DNA from: Coleofasciculaceae cyanobacterium OTE_70_metabat_329
GTDB lineage: Bacteria > Cyanobacteriota > Cyanobacteriia > Cyanobacteriales > JAAUUE01
DNA length: 32,000 nucleotides
Reading direction: 5' to 3'
Assembly (NCBI GenBank): GCA_031374985.1
Contig: JANMHD010000334.1
Span: forward strand, 1,664-33,663
Below, in pieces: positions 25,902 through 32,000 of this stretch (the first letter of the stretch is position 1; each line of letters opens with the position of its first letter). Below the pieces are notes generated by a model. That model searched no databases, was not told the DNA's origin, and saw only the letters and a program-made list of their open reading frames with translations. A program made the position numbers and the translations under genes.

Positions 25902-27443
25902 TTATTCAACGGGGATCTCTATAATAAATTCTGTCCCCTGACCCAAAATCGAGTTACAGCTAAGGGTTCCCCGATGTTTTTCCACAATAATAGAATGACA
26001 AATAGCTAAACCCAAGCCTGTACCTTTACCAATAGGTTTAGTCGTAAAAAAAGGATCAAATATTTTTCCTTGGATAGTTTCAGGAATACCCACGCCATTA
26101 TCAGAAATACTAATTAAAATCTTTTTTGTTCCTAATTTAGAAGTTTCTTCTAACTGAGTTCTGATCCAGATAAAGGGAGGTTCATGAGTTTGGGAAACTG
26201 TATGTGGAATAGCGTTTGTATAGAGTGACTCCAAAGAGTCGATCGCATTAACAATCAAATTCATCAGCACCTGATTTAATTGTCCCGGAAAACACTCTAC
26301 CAAAGGTAAAATCCCATATTCTTTGATTACAGAAATATCTGAAATGCTTGGATTACTTTTCAAGCGATGCTGCAAAATCATTAGAGTACTTTCAATCCCA
26401 GAATGAATATCTACAGCTTTCATCTCCGCTTCATCTAACCGAGAAAAATTTCGTAAAGATAAGACAATTTCTCTAATTCTTTCTGCCCCTAATTTCATGC
26501 TAGAAAGTAACTTTGGTAAGTCATCAATTAAATATTCTATTTCGGTAATTTGCTGATGGTAAATAATTTCTGCTGGAGGATCAGGCATAGCTTCAGCATA
26601 GAGTTGAACGAGTTGTAATAAATCTTTGATATAATCCTGGGCTGGTTCAAGATTGCCATAGATAAAATTAACTGGATTATTAATCTCATGGGCAACTCCT
26701 GCCACTAATTGTCCTAGGCTAGACATTTTCTCACTTTGGACTAGATGAGCTTGGGCATTTTGGAGTTGGAGAATCGTACTTTCTAGTTGCTGTGCTTGAT
26801 GCTTGGCAATTTCTGCCACTTGATGAGTTTCAGCCACTTTATTTTCTAGTAGCTGTTGGGAGGCGTGCAAAGCAGAGTTATCCTTCTCAGCTTGATCTAA
26901 TAGATGATTGAGGCGCTGGTTATATTGCCAGATGAGAAAGGCTATTAAGCTAACAGTAATGGGGACAAGTAATGATTGGATCGAAGAAATTAACCAATCA
27001 GGGAACGGAATCTGCCAAGGATTTTGCTGTAGAGATAAGAGGGAAGTTAATAAAGCAACAAAAATTGCACCGATCATCAATTGCGATAGTTGCTTTTGAC
27101 TTAGGTAGGGCACTCCCATTACTAAAGAAAGAACAATCAAGGCTACTAGGACAGACAATAGGCTAGGGCAGAGGTAGGCCGACAGCAGGCACATAGTCCA
27201 AAGCCCCAAAGCGACAACTGCTACGGCCAAGCTAGGACGATTTTGCTGTGCCAACTTTCTTGCCCAGAGCAACGTTAGTCCTTGCATAACTGATCCAGCG
27301 AGGAATATTCCTGTTAGTCCAGAAACAAAGGATAACATAACGAATAGTTGAAACCCGATCGTAAAGCCAGTTACCACAAACATCCAAGATAAAAAATACT
27401 GTAATTGTTTTACTGTTCTGGGGTTTTGAGTAGTTGTCGCCAT
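25902..27443 (-). CDS. Membrane sensor histidine kinase (about 6 TM helices, coiled coil, HisKA, HATPase_c)
   Basis: H-box [21 protein letters not shown]-box [16 protein letters not shown]1 DNGVGIP and G2 [10 protein letters not shown]. The N-terminal 180 aa are hydrophobic. There is no adjacent response regulator. Confidence 0.9.
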   Translation of the reverse strand: MATTTQNPRTVKQLQYFLSWMFVVTGFTIGFQLFVMLSFVSGLTGIFLAGSVMQGLTLLWARKLAQQNRPSLAVAVVALGLWTMCLLSAYLCPSLLSVLVALIVLSLVMGVPYLSQKQLSQLMIGAIFVALLTSLLSLQQNPWQIPFPDWLISSIQSLLVPITVSLIAFLIWQYNQRLNHLLDQAEKDNSALHASQQLLENKVAETHQVAEIAKHQAQQLESTILQLQNAQAHLVQSEKMSSLGQLVAGVAHEINNPVNFIYGNLEPAQDYIKDLLQLVQLYAEAMPDPPAEIIYHQQITEIEYLIDDLPKLLSSMKLGAERIREIVLSLRNFSRLDEAEMKAVDIHSGIESTLMILQHRLKSNPSISDISVIKEYGILPLVECFPGQLNQVLMNLIVNAIDSLESLYTNAIPHTVSQTHEPPFIWIRTQLEETSKLGTKKILISISDNGVGIPETIQGKIFDPFFTTKPIGKGTGLGLAICHSIIVEKHRGTLSCNSILGQGTEFIIEIPVE

Positions 27444-27530
27444 AGCTCAAGGAAGTTTCTGGGGAAGTTTTTAGGCAGCTAAGTACCCTAGTAATCAAAA
27501 TAATACTAGTTTCTAATTGGGACAATCGCT

Positions 27531-27596
27531 TAAATATCCCCCAAATATCCCTCAAATATCTCCTAAATATTTTTCAAATGCCTCCTAGATATTGCT
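27531..27596. promoter_or_regulatory. Six 11-bp phased direct repeats (three strong, three degenerate) upstream of the histidine kinase gene
   Basis: The units are taaatatcccc, caaatatccct, caaatatctcc, taaatattttt, caaatgcctcc and tagatattgct. On the kinase coding strand the strong units read GGGGATATTTA, AGGGATATTTG and GGAGATATTTG. The array ends about 90 nt upstream of ATG 27443. Confidence 0.5.
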
Positions 27597-28420
27597 AAAA
27601 GACTTATTCCCATAATCATGCCTAGAATACTTGGAGGCTCTGGAACATCTAGAGGTGATTCAATTGGGGACTCTAGGGGTGGTTCAATTGGTAAAATTAT
27701 AATTGGTTCTGGTGAAGGAATAAGAGTAGGGGGAGTTGGCGCTGGAGTGGGAATTGAGCTGATCGCTTGAATCTTTCCATACAAGCTGGCATAGGCGGTA
27801 GTCCCCTCTGGAGAATTAAATTCTCCTAGCAAGGTATTACCCCCATCACTAGAAAAGCCAATTAACTGCAAATTATAAATCGTATTCTCTAGGGTAAAGG
27901 TTTGGCTAGAAATGCCACTATTACTAAAGCGTAAGCGATCGCCATCCACAACTGGATCGCCGGTAACATTAGGACTATTGAAAATATTAAATAAAAAGCT
28001 AAAATTCTGGCTGCCCAAGGTTGGGTTAGCAAAATTCAAAGAAATCTCCAAGGGAAAATCTCCATTAAAACCATCCCACACCGAACCATTGCGATAGGTC
28101 AAATCCCCCAGCCGAAAGTTACTACCTACTCCTGTTTGAAAACCCAGCCCATCGTACTGGACATAGTTAGTAAAACTGGTACAGCCAGGGCAGTTATCAA
28201 CTCTGCCCCAAGTTAAGCGATTATCAACACCACCATTTTCCCCAGAGAGAAAAGTGCTGCTAGAAGGATTGCTGGGCATTCCCCATTGACCGCTAGTTGT
28301 GCCTTGAAAAGTTAGAGATTGGGCTTGAACAGAGGGTAAGTTATGGACAAAGGTGGAGGCGATCGCTACCATACCCGTCGCCCATGCTGCTGTAGAAAAA
28401 ACTCTTAAATTAAAATCCAT
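27563..28420 (-). CDS. Secreted PEP-CTERM sorting-domain protein
   Basis: N-terminal signal peptide (…PSVQAQS), a Pro-rich linker (PTPAPTPPTLIPSPEP…) and a C-terminal VPEPPSILGMIMGISLLAISRRHLK (PEP motif, TM helix, basic tail). Confidence 0.8.
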   Translation of the reverse strand: MDFNLRVFSTAAWATGMVAIASTFVHNLPSVQAQSLTFQGTTSGQWGMPSNPSSSTFLSGENGGVDNRLTWGRVDNCPGCTSFTNYVQYDGLGFQTGVGSNFRLGDLTYRNGSVWDGFNGDFPLEISLNFANPTLGSQNFSFLFNIFNSPNVTGDPVVDGDRLRFSNSGISSQTFTLENTIYNLQLIGFSSDGGNTLLGEFNSPEGTTAYASLYGKIQAISSIPTPAPTPPTLIPSPEPIIILPIEPPLESPIESPLDVPEPPSILGMIMGISLLAISRRHLKNI

Positions 28421-28492
28421 AAATACTCCTTTAATCTCGATCGTAAAAACCGTACTATAATCATTCTTTCAGTACTATTACTAGGTGCCATC

Positions 28493-29179
28493 ATGAAAAT
28501 TTCTTCCCAACAGTTTCTTGAACAATTAAACAATGTTATTAAAAAACATCACCTCCTAGAACATCCCTTCTATCAAATGTGGAATGAAGGAAGATTATCT
28601 GTAACTATGTTGCAAGAATATGCTCAAGAATACTATCTACAAGTCCACAACTTTCCTACTTATGTTAGTGCAACCCATGCTGCTTGTAATGATCTAAAAA
28701 TTCGCCAGATGCTTTTAGAAAATCTTTTGGAAGAAGAGCAAGGAGAGGCAAATCATCCAGAATTGTGGTTACGATTTGCTGAAGGTCTAGGTGTAGCAAG
28801 AAAAGCAGTTTTAGAACGCCAATATCTGGAGACAACCCAAGAATCTGTAAAAATTCTGAAGGATTTGGCTCGGAGTGAAGAAGCTGTTCAGGGTTTAGCG
28901 GCTCTTTATGCCTATGAATCTCAAATTCCTGAAGTTTCTACTACCAAAATAGCTGGACTGAGAAATTTCTATGATATTGATGCAGAAGCTACTCTGGAGT
29001 TTTTCCAAGTTCATGAAAAGGCTGATGAATTTCACTCCCAGGCAACCGGAGAAGCTCTGTTGACCCTGTGCGAAACTGAACAACAGCAACAACAAGCACT
29101 AGTAGCAGCAGAGCAAGCAGCGATCGCCCTAAATCTCCTCCTCGATGGAGTTTATGCAACCTATTGTCAAGCTGCTTAG
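28493..29179 (+). CDS. CADD-family / PqqC-TenA-like di-iron protein (putative folate/pABA metabolism)
   Basis: HPFYQMWNEGRLSVTMLQEYAQEYYLQVHNFPTYVS...EEEQGEANHPELWLRFAEGLG...YAYESQIPE...HEKADEFH fits the heme-oxygenase-like di-metal carboxylate pattern of CADD homologues. Confidence 0.8.
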   Translation: MKISSQQFLEQLNNVIKKHHLLEHPFYQMWNEGRLSVTMLQEYAQEYYLQVHNFPTYVSATHAACNDLKIRQMLLENLLEEEQGEANHPELWLRFAEGLGVARKAVLERQYLETTQESVKILKDLARSEEAVQGLAALYAYESQIPEVSTTKIAGLRNFYDIDAEATLEFFQVHEKADEFHSQATGEALLTLCETEQQQQQALVAAEQAAIALNLLLDGVYATYCQAA

Positions 29180-29194
29180 ACCAAGCTCTTGTAG

Positions 29195-29211
29195 GGTGGG
29201 CATTGCCCACC
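29195..29211. repeat. Copy 2 of the 17-nt palindrome
   Basis: ttgtagGGTGGGCATTGCCCACCtat, 16 nt after the CADD-family stop. Confidence 0.7.
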
Positions 29212-29304
29212 TATTTAGATTCCGCTTACCTATTTTGGTTTAGGTTGAGGGCTACAGAAATACCTAATCCCCATTTTTCACCCCTTCTAATAGAGTTTTC
29301 ATAA

Positions 29305-29321
29305 GGTGGGCAATGCCCACC
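29305..29321. repeat. Copy 3 of the 17-nt palindrome (opposite orientation)
   Basis: cataaGGTGGGCAATGCCCACCctacaa. Its reverse complement matches copy 2, including the ttgtagg flank. It lies 45 nt after the gyrA stop. Confidence 0.7.
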
Positions 29322-29365
29322 CTACAATTTTACTTTCCCCACCGTCAGGGTTTCTTTTATAGGGT

Positions 29366-31999
29366 CTATTCTTCTATTATTTCTTCTTCACCTTCAGTGG
29401 TAGGGGGAACTAGAGCCACTGCTGCGATCGCATCATCTTCATCTAGGCGTTGGACTCGCACCCCGGTAGCCGATCGAGACTGGGTAGAAATAGCATCCAC
29501 CGACTGGCGGATAATAATTCCCCGGTTAGTTACGATCATCAATTCATCCCCTGGATTTACCACCCGGAGAGCGACTAATTGATCGCCACTAGTTTTAGAT
29601 TTGAACTTAGTGGCAATGATTCCTTTACCAAATCTTCTCTGGAGGCGGAACATTCCCACGGGAACCCTTTTACCGTAGCCATTACTAGTAATAATCAAAA
29701 TCCAAGGGCCTTCGGCAGTTAGTTCTGCTTCATCATTTCCTAAATCCTCTAGATTATTTACTTCCTCTAGCTCTGGGGTGAGGGCTTCTTCTAGCTCTGT
29801 TAGTTCAGTTTCCAGTTCTAGGCTATCTTCTGAGATGTCACTAGCGATCGTGGCTACCACACTACTAGGCAACACATCCATACTGATCAGGTTATCTCCC
29901 TTAGTCAGCTTCATGGATCTCACTCCCCTAGCAGTTCTTCCCATAGGGCGCAACTGGGTATGGTCAGTGCGAAAATGGATCGCCATTCCTTTTCTAGAGC
30001 CGACAATTAAACTATCCTCGGCTTTGGCTAGGCGTACCCAACGAAGTTGGTCTGCTTCTTCTAGGGAAATAGCAATTAGACCATTAGACCGAATATGGCT
30101 AAAAGCAGATAGGGCTGTTTTTTTCACAAATCCTTGCACCGTGAGCATGACTAAATATTCTTCATCACTAAATTCACTCACTGGGACGATCGAGGTGACT
30201 TTTTCTTCTCGAGGAATGGGTAGGAGTTGAATAATCGGTGCTCCCTTGGCAGTCCGAGAAGCCGTGGGAATCTGGTAAGCCCGGAGACTATAGACTACCC
30301 CTTGATCCGTAAAGAAGAGGATACTGTCGTGGTCACAGCAGGTAAAAAAGTGTTTAATGCCGTCATCATCCTTCATCTTGGTGGCAGCCTTGCCCCTAGT
30401 AGCCCGGTTCTGCGCCTCGAAGGTACTTACGGGCATTCTTTTAATATAGCCCTGCTCTGTCACTAAGATTAAGGATTTCTCATTAGCGATTAAATCTATA
30501 TCAAATATCTCGCCATCACCCGGATCGATCGTGGTTAATCGGGGTGTGCCGTGACTAGTTTTAATTGCTACCGCCTCGGTTTCTACAATTTCCAGAATCC
30601 GTTCCCGGTCTGCCAGAATCGATCGAAGTTCCGTAATTTTTAGCTCTAACTCTGCATGTTCTGCTTGAATTTTCTGTGCTTCAAGGGCAGTAAGACGGCG
30701 GAGTTGCATTTGTAGAATGGCATCAGCTTGAACCTCTGACAACCCATACTGGGCAACCAATTCTTGTTTGGCAGAAGCAGTATCAGCACTTTCCCTGATT
30801 AGGCGAATAATTCCATCTAATCTACCTAGAGCAATCAGTAAGCCCAGCAACAGGTGATCCCGTTCTTCAGCTTTGCGGAGTTCGTACTGAGTCCGGCGGA
30901 TAATGGTTTCAATCCGAAATTCTAGGAATACGGCGAGGAATTGTTTGATAGTCAGGAGTTGGGGTTCTTGATTGACCAATGCCAACATATTTGCCCCGAA
31001 GTTTGCCTGAATGGGGGTTTGTTTGTAGAGATTATTCAGAACTACCCTAGCATAGGCATCTCGCTTCAGCTCAATCACAATCCGCATTCCATCCCGATCG
31101 CTCTCATCCCGGATATCTGAAATTCCCTCTAAGCGCTTCTCGTTCACCATTTCGGCAATTTTCTCAATTAGAGAAGCTTTATTGGTCTGGTAGGGCAATT
31201 GGGTAATAATAATTGCTTCCCGGTCTTGCCGTCCCGGTTGTTCGATCAATTCAATATCTGCCACGCCCCGCATGGTGATGGAACCCCGCCCGGTGGTGTA
31301 AGCTTCCTTAATCCCCGATGTGCCAAGGATTTGCCCCCCGGTGGGAAAGTCGGGACCCGGAATATATTGCATCAGTTCACGATCGGTAATCTCTGGATTA
31401 TGGATTAATGCTACCAGTCCATCGATCAGTTCCCCTAAGTTATGGGGGGGAATATTAGTTGCCATGCCCACAGCAATACCGGAGGAGCCATTCAGGAGGA
31501 GTTGGGGAATCCGGGAGGGCAGCACGAGGGGTTCTTGTTGAGAACCATCAAAGTTATCGCCAAAGTCTACGGTTTCTGATTCGATATCTCGCAATAGGGA
31601 ATCAGTAGTCAAGGTCTGCAAACGGCATTCGGTATAACGCATGGCCGCTGGGGGATCGTTATCTACCGAGCCAAAATTACCATGGCCATTGATTAGGGGC
31701 GATCGCATGGAAAAATCCTGCGCCATCCGCACCAAGGCATCATACACGGCCGTATCCCCGTGGGGATGGTATTTACCTAGGACTTCTCCCACCACTCTGG
31801 CGCATTTACGGAAGGGACGATCGGGACTCAATCCCAATTCGTGCATAGCATAAAGAATCCGCCGATGGACTGGTTTCAAGCCATCTCTAGCATCTGGCAG
31901 GGCCCGCCCTACGATCACGCTCATGGCATACTCCAGATAGGAACGGGTCATCTCGTTACGCAGATTAGTAGGGACAATCCGTTCTGGGGTAGTGGTCAT
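29366..31999 (-). CDS. gyrA: DNA gyrase subunit A
   Basis: N-terminal [37 protein letters not shown], the active-site region (AAMRYTE), a coiled-coil tower and C-terminal beta-pinwheel repeats. The ATG lies 1 nt from the window end. Confidence 0.97.
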   Translation of the reverse strand: MTTTPERIVPTNLRNEMTRSYLEYAMSVIVGRALPDARDGLKPVHRRILYAMHELGLSPDRPFRKCARVVGEVLGKYHPHGDTAVYDALVRMAQDFSMRSPLINGHGNFGSVDNDPPAAMRYTECRLQTLTTDSLLRDIESETVDFGDNFDGSQQEPLVLPSRIPQLLLNGSSGIAVGMATNIPPHNLGELIDGLVALIHNPEITDRELMQYIPGPDFPTGGQILGTSGIKEAYTTGRGSITMRGVADIELIEQPGRQDREAIIITQLPYQTNKASLIEKIAEMVNEKRLEGISDIRDESDRDGMRIVIELKRDAYARVVLNNLYKQTPIQANFGANMLALVNQEPQLLTIKQFLAVFLEFRIETIIRRTQYELRKAEERDHLLLGLLIALGRLDGIIRLIRESADTASAKQELVAQYGLSEVQADAILQMQLRRLTALEAQKIQAEHAELELKITELRSILADRERILEIVETEAVAIKTSHGTPRLTTIDPGDGEIFDIDLIANEKSLILVTEQGYIKRMPVSTFEAQNRATRGKAATKMKDDDGIKHFFTCCDHDSILFFTDQGVVYSLRAYQIPTASRTAKGAPIIQLLPIPREEKVTSIVPVSEFSDEEYLVMLTVQGFVKKTALSAFSHIRSNGLIAISLEEADQLRWVRLAKAEDSLIVGSRKGMAIHFRTDHTQLRPMGRTARGVRSMKLTKGDNLISMDVLPSSVVATIASDISEDSLELETELTELEEALTPELEEVNNLEDLGNDEAELTAEGPWILIITSNGYGKRVPVGMFRLQRRFGKGIIATKFKSKTSGDQLVALRVVNPGDELMIVTNRGIIIRQSVDAISTQSRSATGVRVQRLDEDDAIAAVALVPPTTEGEEEIIEE

Positions 32000-32000
32000 G

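Noticed and set aside
27232-27555. A 107-aa minus-strand ORF overlapping the histidine kinase start and its upstream region.
   Set aside because: It is out of frame with the kinase and crosses the promoter/repeat region. No motif is present. The kinase N-terminus is well defined by its TM helices.
28895-29210. Minus-strand ORFs 28895-29095 and 28989-29210 antisense to the CADD-family gene.
   Set aside because: They are antisense shadows. The Leu-rich translation mirrors the CAG/CAA-rich (QQQQQ) sense region.
29313-31853. Plus-strand ORFs inside gyrA: 29313-29582, 29778-30230, 30227-30466, 31199-31408, 31320-31541 and 31641-31853.
   Set aside because: All are antisense to an unambiguous gyrA CDS. 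The Ser-rich 150-aa one simply mirrors the acidic (GAA/GAG-rich) insertion.

Overview
This looks like a cyanobacterial chromosomal segment. The HIP1 octamer GCGATCGC occurs about 34 times by eye (roughly 1 per kb), and the window carries ndhC-ndhK-ndhJ, a CmpR/CbbR-like LysR regulator and a PEP-CTERM protein. Most of it is ordinary core genome. Recognisable genes, in order: an HsdR C-terminal fragment, a GH57 glycoside hydrolase, a CHAT-FHA protein, a LysR regulator, a GlnT-like glutamine synthetase, a CbiO/EcfA-like ATPase, a 2xBON protein, a GT4 glycosyltransferase, a fasciclin protein and pyrG. These are followed by ndhCKJ, an m5C DNA methyltransferase overlapping murE, tRNA-Leu(CAA), an M48 peptidase and an InrS-like CsoR/RcnR repressor. 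The window ends with a PPOX-like flavoprotein, a GNAT, a GST, a sensor histidine kinase, a PEP-CTERM protein, a CADD-family protein and gyrA. I found no CRISPR array, prophage, transposase or rRNA. There are two main candidates for something undescribed. The first is a low-GC three-gene cassette of unrecognisable proteins (15.5-17.8 kb) sitting between ndhCKJ and an apparently orphan methyltransferase. The second is a tightly spaced GS-like / LysR / CHAT-FHA gene string (3.0-6.9 kb). Smaller sequence-level oddities include:
- an array of 11-bp phased direct repeats upstream of the histidine kinase
- a CDS whose stop codon lies inside the tRNA-Leu gene
- a terminator and a near-consensus promoter embedded in a listed ORF
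- a MITE-like element
- a 17-nt palindrome family
- four short, perfect or near-perfect tandem duplications
All family assignments come from motif recognition by eye; no searches were run.
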